A DNA stretch of 63,338 bases, the filler included, from Diploschistes diacapsis (Eukaryota), in assembly GCA_023645945.1 (NCBI GenBank). It is 15 parts of 15 records of this genome, joined end to end, with 100 filler letters (N's around TTAATTAATTAA, not from the genome) between each part and the next. Parts side by side here need not be neighbours in the genome. Positions count along the whole stretch, not along the records: positions 21,695 to 43,233 come from JALAIB010000307.1; 14 more parts are not named here. One strand, written 5' to 3'. Positions 25,767 through 38,056 of the stretch are shown one piece after another (the stretch's first letter is position 1; each line of letters opens with the position of its first letter). A program made the position numbers and the translations under genes. Below the pieces are notes generated by a model. It had not been told where the DNA came from. It saw only the letters and a list, made by a program, of their open reading frames with translations, and did not search any database.

Positions 25767-26214
25767 GGCTTGCAGCTGTGAGAATTGTGCTAACTGGTTG
25801 CTAGGAATGATATCCCTTGAATCCATTCAGAGTCTAAGAGCCTTGGGGATTCCACGGTGCATAGGATGATATATATACGAGTTACTACCATGTAGGACAG
25901 TCCATGCTCAAGATGTTTGCGTTGCAAAGGTTTCATCAAGCTCGGAGCAACAAGTGAAAAGCCCAGAAAGCAAACACCATTTGAGAAGGTTTCGCGTTGC
26001 ACCCGGTTTGTAAGACACGAAAATCTTTCCCTATACTGTCACAGGACTATACAGAAAAGACCCACCTGGACCGAGATTACAATTAATACAAATATAGCAA
26101 ACAGTGAGAAAAGGAGAAACAAACGTTAGTAAGCCATTTAACCCTTTCTCTCAATGCCCTCTGTGACTGAAAACAGAATGCAGAAAATCCGGCAATCAGC
26201 ACAGTACTACATAC

Positions 26215-26775
26215 TCAAACTGATATCGCTAGGCCAAGTGTTTGTGTTAGGGCAGGATAAATAGTCTCCAGTATATCCCTAACCTTCTTCTGCTCCAGCT
26301 TCGTTTTGAGCCAAATATCTGGCACCATGGTCAGCCTCGAAAAATCAATGATCAAGCCCTGATGGAGCTTATCACCACTCAGATCTTCCTGGAGTTTGCT
26401 CACGACCTCCGCCAAAGACTCCGCCTCTGAGAGCCCATGGATGCTGAACGGCTGTTTGGGGTTGAACGGCATTCTAAAGGAGATGACGTTATAAGTACGC
26501 CGTAATTTGACCAGGTACTTGAGTATGCAGCCGGGCTCCGCACTACCAGGCTGATGCTCTGATATGCTGCCCAATAAGAGCTCCACACCAGGCATGACAT
26601 CTCTAAGTGCAATCCTTTTGAGTCCGCATCGGTCAAGGGTCTTGTCAATAAACTGGACGTGATCTATTCCCGGCCGCCGAACTTCCAAAGATCCCAGTCT
26701 GGAATGATCTCCATCTCCTTAAGTGGCTGTTTGCTTCGCCCATTTTTGAGGCATTTTCGTGTATTTGGCAGGCAT
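26215..26775 (-). pseudogene. Orphan tandem family copy with one premature TAA (26719-26721)
   Basis: MPAKYTKMPQKWAKQTAT*GDGDH... is in frame with ALRDVMPGVELLL...LKYLVKLRRTYNVISF...IHGLSEAESLAEVVSKL. Confidence 0.6.
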
Positions 26776-26906
26776 GTTGCTCTTTAACATCCTAGGATAT
26801 GAGCAGGGAATACTCGATGAGTGTATTGTTGCAGCTGAACTTGGAGACCCATCTTATACTGTTGATTCAGCTGTCAAAGACTTTGTTGCCATAGTACTAA
26901 CAGCAT

Positions 26907-27170
26907 TTAGTACATACATACAAGATTACTATGCAAGGGTTGTATGGCCATTGAAAAGAAGACAAAGGCATAGAACAATCGGCGATAAAGCATTTCTCCA
27001 GGTGAGTAGCCAGCGGCTTCAGCGCTGAGAAGCAGAAGTCGTAAGCCTCTTTGTATCTGCAATGACATTTCCCCCCTGGTTTGACCGTTTCCTGTCAGCT
27101 CAGTCACGTCTTTCGAATGCAAGTTACGACACTTTATGGTAGAGACTAGGCTGCAGTACTTTTGCGGCAT
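26907..27170 (-). pseudogene. Truncated orphan tandem family copy
   Basis: MPQKY...RGLRLLLLSAE...LYRRLFYAFVF. Shares the N-terminal MPxK and central motifs, then stops early. Confidence 0.5.
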
Positions 27171-27279
27171 CTTTGGCTGATTTCTGTCGACTGACTATAT
27201 AAGAGGAAGACGTGGTAAAAGGCACGGATGTTTCTTTTTGCTGACGTGGTAAAGTACAGCAATTCGGAAGAAGATAAGC

Positions 27280-27620
27280 TGAGAACATGGGTGGGGAAGA
27301 AATCTATGACCTTGGCGGCTAATGGTTGTATATATTCCTACTGAATGGATTGTGTACTCGGGGAAAAAACACTGTGCGACAGCCTTTCCGGTGTTGAGCG
27401 AGTACAAAGAAGTGTTGCTCGAAGATACTGGGAGACCGCGCGCTTTCTTGCGGCACGCTAGGCCGAAGCAGGCAATTTTGGTGAGAATAGGTCACTCTGA
27501 TCAACCGCTCCCACCATTCCCTATCAGCATCAAAGCTTGGAAAATGTTATAAACAGCCTCAAGGAGCATCGCATCCAGCCCAAGGTTTCCTAATCCCCAG
27601 TCCTAACTAGGCATAATGTA
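27280..27620 (-). pseudogene. Possible degenerate orphan tandem family copy
   Basis: WGLGNLGLDAMLL, RLIRVTYS and YTIHSV blocks occur in shifting frames, in the expected order. Confidence 0.3.
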
Positions 27621-27990
27621 CTTTTGCTGTTTCACGCCCTGTTATTAGAAGAGTTATACTAGGGAAGGAAGTGCGCAGAATTTTGAACACAAACTATCTA
27701 CCACAAACCCATATCCAAAGTCCACAGCATATCGCAAATATTCGCACCATGCAGCGAAGAAATGGAGAAAGAGCGGCTCAAAAAGCTATTCTGAATTTGG
27801 GTTTGATGTGTTTGCGAATACACACGCAAGCCAAAAGTCAATCGTGGTTACGCAAACTGGAAATTTTGGTCCATACCAACCGACAGCCTATCATCAGCCA
27901 ACTCAAACTCTCCAGAAATCTCTCCTTTTCAGCAATCGGTCCGACCAACCACCCGACCATCAACCCCAAACATGGACGAGCATCCGTTCA

Positions 27991-28453
27991 TCAGCCGGAC
28001 GCCAAGTACCTTGCTTCATCACCCCTACGAATGCGCGTAGCACTTACTATCGCTCGGCTTCTGAACCGCCAAACAACCCCCTCCATCCCTCCTTCCCGCG
28101 GCAGCTCCACCACATGCACATCATACACCATCCTCTCCGCTATCCCTGTCAAATCCTTATAGAAATTCAATTCGAAGCACTTAGCCCCGGCTTTGAACAA
28201 ACATCGGTAGACTTCCAACATGTACCAAACAGCGCCTCGTCCATCGGAGGAGTGTCTGAGCGACAGAAGCAGCTCTGCGTTTGCCGGCAAGAGGCCTGCG
28301 ATTCCGTCCTCGGAGCAGTGGCTGAGGCGCAGGACCTCGTCCAGTTCGGAGACGTTGCGGAAGCCGAGCGGATATCTAAGCGAGTAGAAGGCGGAAGGCG
28401 AGAGAGGCGGGATGGGGGTTGGTTCTGCGGGGGTTTTTGAATTTTCGGGGCAT
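27991..28453 (-). pseudogene. Orphan tandem family copy with an early frameshift (A5C5 run, ~28429-28438)
   Basis: ATG 28453 reads MPRKFKNPR (cf. MPRKYHNPR), but the body SELDEVLRLSHCSEDGIAGLLPANAELLL...YRCLFKAGAKCFELNF...EGGMEGVV is in the +1 frame. Confidence 0.6.
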
Positions 28454-28788
28454 ATTTCGGTTGGAGTGGACGTCGTTGGACAGTTGATGGTTAGAGAAGA
28501 AGGTGATTGTGGGATGGAGACTGTGAGATTGGAGTCAAAGCTGGGAAGGAGAGTTCCTGAAATAGGGGAATTGGGCTGAATGGTATTGTGCGTCGGTAAC
28601 AAATGAACACAGGGTTTCTTTGTCCGATACTCGAAGACGACAATCATTAACAAAGATACTCGTTGTAGCTGGGAACACGGAAGTAGAACCACAGCAATTA
28701 GACTCACTATTTACGAGCACCACAGGCTGGATGAACAGCGCTACACTTGCCGCATGAGATTGCCATGATCCCCTTTAGCTCTACCGAA

Positions 28789-29244
28789 TCACATAGCACG
28801 AACGTTCCCCCTCTTCTTCCCAAACACCTTGTTCCGGGACTTTTCTTCAAACGTTCCCACAATCTCTTCCAACGCTCCATTCTCCTCAACGACACTAACC
28901 GTATACACACCCTTCGCGTTCTCGTCCGTTTGCTCATCACTGCCCAGCAGCTCCAGCAACTTATCCAGATGCGTACCTAATGTCAAGACATAATAAGCGC
29001 CCTTGCTCCTGATCAGGAACGAATGGCTCGTATGGATTCGCGAAAGGGCAAGGACGTACCCGGGGTCTGTTGGAATGAGGAGCTCTGCGTCCTCGAGAAG
29101 GCCACTTAGCCCGTCCGGTGATACACTGGAGGCTCGAATGCAGCGGTCAAGATTGCTTAGGAGGGGGATAGGAAGCTCTGAGGGTCGTTGTTGGGGTATT
29201 GTCACGATTGGTTTGGCGCGGGGGTTATGGTACTTCCGGGGCAT
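28789..29244 (-). CDS. Orphan tandem family protein (151 aa)
   Basis: MPRKYHNPRAKP...SNLDRCIRASSVSPDGLSGLLEDAELLI...HSFLIRSKGAYYVLTL...VVEENGALEEIVGTF. Confidence 0.7.
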   Translation of the reverse strand: MPRKYHNPRAKPIVTIPQQRPSELPIPLLSNLDRCIRASSVSPDGLSGLLEDAELLIPTDPGYVLALSRIHTSHSFLIRSKGAYYVLTLGTHLDKLLELLGSDEQTDENAKGVYTVSVVEENGALEEIVGTFEEKSRNKVFGKKRGNVRAM

Positions 29245-29881
29245 TGTATCTCTGTGTGTTTGGGGGGAGAGTAAGGTAGGGGAGCTCCTTAACGATGGAG
29301 ACCTTGGTGATGGATAGGAAACCTTGTGCTTTACGGAGTAACTGACCTCAAATATGATATTTGGAAGCTCGCTTTGAAAGGCATTGTTCACTGGCACATT
29401 GTTGGAGCTGCCTGTTCGGAGAATGCCTTTGTTGGCTGTCAATGTGTCTAGATAACACTGTGAGCACCGGACAATAAGACTCACACCTTTTCTTTCTCAC
29501 CAGTAGCATCCTAAGATTCTCGGCTTGACAGCCGAGAGCCTCGCACCTTACCCTCGCCGTTAGCTCCTGCTTTTCGAGGGTTCACTGATCAAGTAAAGCC
29601 CTCTTAAGCGTGGGTCCTGCACGTTCCGACTCTCCATAATGATAATCACCCATCGAAGAGATCTGTGTCAAATCTCTGACAGCATATAACACTCGTCCAG
29701 CATAAGCCCTATATTTTTCAGTCCTTCCTTTCCTCGTCATAACTCCCCAAATATCTTCAAATCTCCCAGAAAATTTCATCTTACGCCCAACATCCATTCT
29801 TTCGCTCTTTAACGATCTTCACCCAACGTCTTCAACAAGTTTTCTATCAACCTCTTCACCAATCTCCAACCAACCTCAACA

Positions 29882-30340
29882 ATGCCACACAAAACTATCC
29901 CAAATCCCAACGCTCGAATGCTCATCCTTCGGGAGCATTCACCACACCGCCCTACCCCTTGTTTCCGGGCTCCACGAGATACTTCGCGCCACTCAATGCT
30001 TTAGGATCGGTCTCCAAGGCCTTCTCCCCAAAGAAGTGGAACTGCTACTGACTGCCACGGCGGCACGTCGCCTGCTACGGAATCTCCCGTGCACATCGAA
30101 GGTCCACGCTTATCCGTTCAAGTGCGGAAAGAGATATCTGTAGTGGTTTTGCACCTAACCATGTCAAGCGGGGTGGCGGGATCGGTAAGATCGATTGAAG
30201 GGGCTGATCTGTTGGTGATACAAAAGAAGGGTAAATTGGATCAGGTGGTTGAGACGTTTTTGAGGGGCTGGCCTAGTGAGAAATTGAGATCAAAGATCGG
30301 GGACTGCATGAGAGTGGTGATGGCAATCGAGGTTGGTTGA
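29882..30340 (+). pseudogene. Inverted orphan tandem family copy with two frameshifts
   Basis: MPHKTIPNPNAR / LPLVSGLHEILRATQCFRIGLQGLLPKEVELLL...HAYPFKCGKRY / VVLHL...VIQKKGKLDQVVETF, separated by frameshifts near 29950 and 30140. Confidence 0.65.
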
Positions 30341-31738
30341 ATTTCAGTTGGTCAGAGTGTTTTGACGGTGATTTGATGTTTTTTGAAGTTTGTCATGCGA
30401 GATTGTCGCGAACATGGCTTAATCCTTAATCAACTGGAATCATTGAATGCTGCTCCTTCCGCGCTTTGAATCTTCATATACACTTTAGTTTGAATAGCTT
30501 CTAGTGTGCTAGTAGAACGGATATGATGTCGCCTCACTGTAATACTGGTAACAAGGTGGCCGGAGGCAACAAAACTTGGCCTTGATGATGGCCTGTTTTG
30601 GTTCTCGCCGTGATGGAAAGCTCTGAGCCAGAAGATTCTCCCTGGCTGACGGTCGTTGAGAGAGATACCGGAGCTAAGTGCATTTCCATCGACGAGGTTG
30701 GTGCTCGACTAGATTAGCTCGGGGTGCTACGTTAGACGCTTTCATCCGGTCTGGGAGCTATGGCTGCATTGAGCAGTTGTTTGGACTTATAGTCACCTTA
30801 AGTCTGGACATCTGCAGCAAGCTGTCTCCATGGTGAATGGCATGTCTGTTTTGTAATTGCGGCGGCAGGCAAAGCGATGTACGAGGTATGTCGTGCGTTA
30901 GACGTAATAAAAGGACCTCGCTAGAATGTGTACATATGTAGTGTGAGTGTGGATAACTGGGACGATACGTTAAGTAATAGCTCTCTAGTATTCGAAAACA
31001 AGTGGTAGCAAATTCAGTAGCAGCTTGAGGGAATGGATAACAACGGAAATATACTCCAGCATGGACAAAGAACGGAGATGTGGGGAAGTGGCCTCTTATA
31101 AATTTTATAGCGGGTAAGACAAGAAATCAAGAATATTGTCTTTTGAATTTATCAAACTTCACTTGTCAAACGTAGGACAGAGCTTGGGGAATGAGCAGAA
31201 CAGAGCAGTTGGATGGTATGTTCGGATTTGTTTTTATTTTGTTCGCTCTTTTCTATGATATAGACGGACGTGCAGTCAGCATATTCTTCGCTGTTGGACA
31301 AGTGGAACTATGGATGTGGCAATTAGTAGACGCTGCTAAGACATGTCACAGCCAAACATGCGAGCGCTTTTCTCACCATTCTGGTACGCAGTTCTTAAGA
31401 CGGTGTAGTAATAAGTGTCTGTCGATATCATATCAGAAGAAACGAGATACATCACTTGTTCGTCTTCATCTACGAAAGGGCTTGAAAAAAGTGCAAAAGG
31501 CATGATACCTCGATGCTCAGGCGACTTCTTCATCGTCCCGTTCTACAACTGCTCCTTTACCAAACTTCTTCACAGTGACCGAGTCTTGGTCGAACATGCT
31601 CTGTGTGTCACCTACCTGCTTCCGCATGCTAATTTCTCTATTTTTTAAGCGCGAGCGCATGGCTGACGACAGCGTCAATCCTGACGGTAACAGCCTAGAG
31701 GTACTCGCAGCTGCGGCTCCGTTCATGACTGCTGATTG

Positions 31739-33284
31739 TCACTGTAGTGGTTCAGAAGATGAGGAGAGGCGGTTGAGGTGGAGGTAGACGTCAGTACCGT
31801 AGCTGCGAGAAGTCAGCGAGGCTCGCCCGGGACACGTGAAACTAGAGTTCTCAGAGCTCTGGGTGGGTTTGGTAAAGTTGACCTCTTACCCTTCCATGCT
31901 GATAAGCTTCAGATCTCCACCAAAATAACGTGCGTATAATCTCGAGATCGGTAACCCGTACCCGAATCCGGCCATGGGAGCCTTGAAGTCGCTTTTGTTG
32001 AAGTCCGGATCAAGGTTTGGCGTCTGATCCACAGTCGTATACATGTACGTCCAAACAAGCGGTATCACGCTCCTAGGTATTCCGCCTCCCTCATCCGACA
32101 CCTTGATGGTGATGTCTTCCTTACCCTCCGCTACAATTATCTTGGTTACTGGAAACTCATCCTTATCCTGCCCGTGGGCTTCGACGACGGCACGCAGCGA
32201 GTTTTTGAGCGTTTCGAAGAGCATGTGCGACAAGTGGCCAGGGACGTACATGAAGTTCAGGTCCGGCTTGCAGACAAGCTGTACTTTAGGCGCATCGAAG
32301 AGGCCGTAATGATCTTCACAAACGAATCGCGCATTTTCGATGGCCTCTTGTGCTAACTCGTGCACGTTCGTTTTGGTGCAGATGATGCCGACATAGTTTG
32401 GTTCACCGTGAAGCTTCTGATCAGTAAGAGCAATGTGTTGACCTATGAGCATACGGATGCCGATGCGTGACATGTAGAAGCGATCAAGGAAGTTCTGAAT
32501 GTTGGAGTCAATCTGCATACGCTGGCGCTTGCGCTTATATTCGAGTATGCCCTGGGCTGTACCACCTTGTTAGGCTCTACTGCATCGGTACCACTCCTGT
32601 CTGGCTCCTTACCGACTGTGGTCACGACACTGTCGTGTCTGCGCTTGATGCGCTCAAGGGTCTTCTGGAATCTTTTGTTGAACTCGTCCAACTCCGGAGG
32701 CCAGTCATCTCCATCATCCACAACAGCAAAGTATCTCCTCGCTTGGCTCTTCCCATTGGTTTCCGCTTTATGTGGCGCTGACTGGTATTGGCCTCTCTTG
32801 ACACTGGGATTTTGAGTCATTCGACTGAGCTCGCTTTGCTTTTGCGGCCTTATGAGCCGCTCACGGACCTCCGATGTTACGCTTGGCTTTTGTAGGGAGG
32901 TGAGTTCCTGTGCCACCATCAGTGACCGCTTTATAATTGAATACCAAAAGCGTGCAAGCATACTTCGAACGATTGTGCATACCAATCCTGTACTCTCATG
33001 ATTGAAGGCATCTCATTGAGTCGGTCGGGCAGGTGTGTCAACTCTTGCACGCGATGAGCCAGTCGTATGGGGAGTTCTTCGGACAGGAACTGTGAAGCTC
33101 GGAAGAGAGTTCCTACCGGAGCAATGGATCAGCGTATATACCAAGAGTCTATTAAGCGCTTTGATGTACCAGTAGATGGTCTCTCGCCGAATTGTACCAT
33201 TTGCCTTAAGCTCACCCCTGTCGCAGGAAATGACGAGTAGTGCTTGATTGTCTCCATGAGACCTTCTGTCTTCTTCCACGACAT
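31739..33284 (-). CDS. Mitochondrial pyruvate dehydrogenase kinase (BCDHK_Adom3 + HATPase), multi-exon
   Basis: MSWKKTEGLMETIKHYSSFPATGVSLRQMVQFG, FLDRFYMSRIGIRMLIGQH, FETLKNSLRA, SDEGGGIP, AGFGYGLPISRLYARYFGG, final exon YGTDVYLHLNRLSSSSEPLQ*. Confidence 0.95.
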
Positions 33285-34489
33285 CTTTGCGATAGGAGGC
33301 TTGTCCGCCGAGCCTTTTCCAGAGACCCACTCGAACTAGCTATCGGATACCTTTGCTGCGGTAGAATTGTAGTCTTCATGGGAAATGCTTTTCTCGAAAG
33401 GCAGTCGACATTGCTTTCATCGGCGACTTATATGGTATGCTCCGGTCTGTCAGGGTGCGGAACAACCGCTTATACACACTTCATGGCTATAGAGTAGTAA
33501 TATAGTGAGCTCAGAGATGCCAAAACGCTACAAGATCAGTAATGAAAGAGAGGAATATGGGGCAGTTGTTCAAAGTGCATACACTTGGGAGTCATTGTCT
33601 GTCTGCGGGAACCGTTGCCGAGAGAAACGATGTGCTCCCCTGGGCGGCTCTTGCCCCACATTATACGCACAAGTCTAGATCTTCTTTTCGCTTTGCTTAA
33701 AGATATAACAGCAATAGACCGCCACACCCAAGAATTAGTATGAATAGCTGTAGAGATCTGTAGAGGTCTGTAATCCTTTGACATTATGGCAAAGCTCTTT
33801 CATGTACATGTCGGGCACCAGGCAAGTCGGAGGCAGCATGCAGGCTGCACGAAGCTCACGATAGGCGTTAGCCACATGGGTTGCCCGACTAACGTTCAGA
33901 GTTCCTACATATCCGCCGCACGCCTTCCTTCCTTCCTTCCGACTCCCCAACGCTCAAAAATGGCTTCTGGAACATCTTTGTGATTGCCGAGGTAGACATT
34001 GGCTTCGCTCGGCTTAACGGGCGTGAAGCTCGTGCTCCTCTATCGCCCTGCACTGTCAGGTCGGCAGTGTTCTGATGTATCACTATTCAGAGAGCGGGAC
34101 AATGCGTAGGGAGGAAAGGACGTCGATTGCACTAGATAATACCATTTCCAAGGGCATTGTTCATCCCATTTCAGCCTATTTACCAGCCCCCTTTAGCTGT
34201 CGAAACAGTATATTCGAGAAGTATCCGCTCGTAGATTCATAAGCTTTGGCTGAATGAGCTCCAAGAAGCCATAAAGCTAGATTCCTTCCGGTTTTGAATA
34301 TCATGTACAGAGCCATGAAAGTCCTCGAACCACCAACGCCAATGCCGCCGCTAGTCCTGATCCAAGAATAACGGAGTGGGTATCATGTCGAGAAACGCTT
34401 GAACAACAGACGGACCGTCATGAGTATGCCCAGAAGCGATGGATGCAACGGAAGAAATAGCCGAGTATGTACCACGTGGCAAACGATCG

Positions 34490-35868
34490 CTATTGGTAAT
34501 AATTGATGACGGTGACCTGTCAAGAGTGAGTCACGTCACAACATATATCGTAACAAGCATACCTTGTCCTTACAAGCAAGCGCAAGTTTGTGACCGTTCG
34601 AGTCCCAAGTTAGACTCGGAACGGACAGGTCGTCTTCCATATCGACATCGCCGTTCTCGACACCGTTGGTGCCGTTGGTATAATTTGTGCCCTCCAAGTG
34701 CCTCGCGTGCTGGTGAATATGTGGCGACTCCCATATGGCTTTTGGTAAGCAACCCTCCTGTGCGCTCCAGAACAGAATCTTGCTGCAACTCGCGGCAGCC
34801 ACATGGCGACCGTCAGGGGTGAAGCAGAGAGAGAGCGCCGGTGCCCCGAGATTGAACGTATGGACGTGCTGAAGGCCGGCCCTTCCGTTCCACAGCTTGA
34901 CGGTACCGTCGACTGATGACGTTGCCAAAAGACGTCGCGCCGTGGAACTGATGGCATCGGAGCCCGCCATGGGTCTGTACATTAGGCCCGTTAGAGCAGC
35001 TTCGTGAGCTTTTGTTGACCGCAACGGCCCGGCTCCTTCGACGAGCGCGAGGTATCCAGATTCCTCGGACGCGACAGCAATGGTCGAGGTATGAGTGTCA
35101 TATTGCATCTGTGTCCAGTCATGGTTGACCTCGGACTGTGATAGCTCAAGGGGATCTGTGATCCTGTTCTCGGCTATTCCCGTTATGGCTATTATGGACT
35201 CGCCGCAGACGGCTAGCTGAGGGCCCTGATCCAACCACACAACATCGAGTAACGAACCCTTGGTCTCACAAGCCGGGAGGACTTCAGACATCTTCTTATC
35301 GAGCACGACGAGGCTCTTGCCAGAAATGGCAGCCAAATACCGTCCGGTTGGACTCCATGCCAAGCCAACGACGGGCTCGGTGCCGCTGGGTAACTGCTCT
35401 TCCACGAAGCCCTCCTTGCTCCATACCGTAGTGATACTTCGCTGGACTAAGGTGTTTGAGCTTGGGAAACTCGAATAAGCTATGTGGTCTCCGGATGGAC
35501 TCCAAGCCATAGCCGTGACGGATGCTGCGCCATCAATCTCCAGTTCTGTAGTGTCTGACGGTGAGACTGCAAGGTTGTTGTGGCTAGTAGTAGCCCCATT
35601 GGTGGTGGCTGTCGGTGTGGCGGTGCCGGAAGCTTCCGTAGCGGCTGCTATTCCGGATTGGGAATTAGCGTAAGATTGCTGGTCCAGAGCCCATATCTGG
35701 CATAGCGCTTTGCCCCCGGCAGCCAGCAGAGTGGGATGTTTGGGATTCCAGGTGGCCTGGGTGAGGTTTTTGCCCACAATGTTCAAAACGGCTGTTTCGG
35801 GCCCCAGGTTGGTAACCTTGTCGCTCTGCACACCCACGCTTACCCCGTTCGTCAGGGTCGGCATCAGG

Positions 35869-35900
<32 letters not shown>

Positions 35901-36820
35901 TTGTTCCTGGTCTTGGAAATGCGATGGGCCGCTGCCCACCCCATTCGTGTCACCGTAATCTGCCTCTCCGCTTGCTGCATTTGCAACATTGTTCGCCATT
36001 GCCATTGCCATTACGTCCGCCACTGCCACATCTCCGACTGTCTCGTGGCCATCAATCTCCATCTCCATATCATTCCTCGATGCTAACAATGAATCCACTT
36101 AGTTTTTGCCACAATCAATTCAAAGTTTGGTGCCACATACCGTTGTCATCAACATCCATGCTGTCGCTGCTTTTAGCTTTACCATTGAGGGCGCCATTGC
36201 TCCTCCGTGATCGTTTTGGCGCTGATGTCTGCAATGCGCCATCTGCACTCGACCCGTTCGTTAAAGTACTTCCACCACCTCTCTGATATGGAGTTGATGG
36301 ATTTTGAACTTGCGTTAGTTGCTCAATGTTTGTCGCGGCCGTTTCAGGACCGAAAAAGGGCACCGACTCTTTGCTATTCTAGAAATCACTTGGATTAGAC
36401 TTCTTAGTAATGACAATTGTGCGACATACTGCGCTGAGTGATGCCTTGATTCCAAGATGGTGCAAGCCATTCTGTAACAGGCGAACAAGACTATGCGGTT
36501 CTATGTGAGGCGCAAAGGAAAGCTTCTCGGGATCTGTAATACCCCAATCTCGTTGTAGTCGGGCAGCGGACTGACCAAAGCCTGACGAGGGTCAGCAGAA
36601 AAAAGCGGCAAAGAAAGAAGTAGAGAACTTTACCAGCTTCTTGCAAGTATCTATAGCAATTCCTCTGGTCAGCGACGCAAGTAATTTTACGGGAGAGTGA
36701 TTGCAGATCAAGTGAAGAATCGCAGGCACGGCCAGCATGCCAAAACCCAAATGTCGATGGATGCACGTACCTCCAAACAAGATAATTGACCCGCTCGGAA
36801 TTCAACTTCTCTTGGGCCAT
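34490..36820 (-). CDS. SIF2: LisH + WD40 protein, Sif2/TBL1-like (Set3C HDAC complex subunit)
   Basis: LisH motif LNSERVNYLVWR|YLQEAG|FGQSA with a 17-nt micro-exon (36634-36650), LVRLLQNGLH, WD40 repeats (WNPKHPTLLAAGG, LATSSVDGTVKLWN), last exon VTVINYYQ*. Confidence 0.8.
35868..35904 (-). repeat. (CAG/CAA)n microsatellite encoding polyQ in the Sif2-like gene
   Basis: (TGC)n run on the + strand; encodes a run of about 12 Gln. Confidence 0.9.
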
Positions 36821-36998
36821 ATCGAGGGGAATTGATAAACCGAACGAGTCATATGGATGCTGCTGGTGGTTTCCCAGGAATGTGTATAGATAAAGCTGCA
36901 AAATTAAATTGAAGCTCCAAAGTCGAATAGTTGTTTAAGATGGGAAAGATGCAAGAAAGAACAACGGGTTGCAGAATGATTGGGTGGGGAGCGGACCG

Positions 36999-37024
36999 TG
37001 TGTGTGTGTGTGTGTGTGTGTGTG
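36999..37024. repeat. (GT)n microsatellite
   Basis: About 13 GT units upstream of the Sif2-like gene. Confidence 0.9.
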
Positions 37025-38056
37025 GTATGAGAAGAACGGCTATAGATGCTGGTCGCGGTCAAAGGAGGTGGTGTCATGCAGTGATGTACTGTGGCATGTC
37101 CCAGGATGGCAACGTCGTTGAGGTGTGGGAAATTGCTGTATGAGGAAGAGTTGAGATGGAAATGTCAACGTCTTCGTTGGAAACTGGAGCACTGGAGCAC
37201 TGGAGCACTGGAACACTTGGAACAATGGAACAATGGAACTAGCGGAATGCCTGCGGTGATGCGGTTCGGCGTGTGGATGTGGTCCAAGCACAGGCAGAAC
37301 TGGGTAAAAAGACTAAAAGTGATGGATGAATGAAGAATGGAGACTGAAGACTTAGTTCTTGGTAGCAACCTTACAGTATTCTACCTAGTATTGAGTACGG
37401 ATACGATACTACGCGGCAGTAAGATTTAGTTGGGAAATGTCTGGAACTTGGACAGCCAGTGGGAGTGGAGTGGGCAGTGGGCATGCAAATGCAATGGGAT
37501 GATGCACGAGAAGGTGACAGTCTGCTAAGGCTTTGGCTTTGGCTTTGGCCTCCTCTTAGCCCTCTCCAGTTGCTTCCTCCCACCGTCCCACGTCTCTCGA
37601 CCATTCCTGATTAGCTCCCGCGGAGGCCCAAGACGCCACGCTTTGCTTTGTGGTGAAAATTACGCCAGCCTGCAGGGAACAACCTACTGCAAGAAATCTC
37701 ACCTTGGGACCTTTATAAGGATGGTACAGTAGTAACATGGTATAGTAGTAATGTCTCGAAAAAAAATAAACAATTCCCACCAAATCTCTAAACTGACTTG
37801 ATGCGAGTTGCGCGCCAGACAACTTAGAACCCCTGTCTTATTTTAAGATCATTGCAGATCCAAGCGTGCATCACTGCCCTGCTACTCTGCTACTTTGCTA
37901 CTTGCTACTTGCTACTTGCGCCAAGACCAGCCAAAGCACGCTGCGTGCTCCTGTATATATACAGACAAAGGTTTGGGTGAAACTAAGTCGAGCTATTGTC
38001 AACTCGACAATGTTGGGTCGTCGAGTAGTAGTACGTACATACTAATTAGTTGTACC

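Noticed and set aside
16313..30340. Functional linkage between the NLR pseudogene and the orphan array
   Set aside because: They lie on different contigs separated by an artificial linker.
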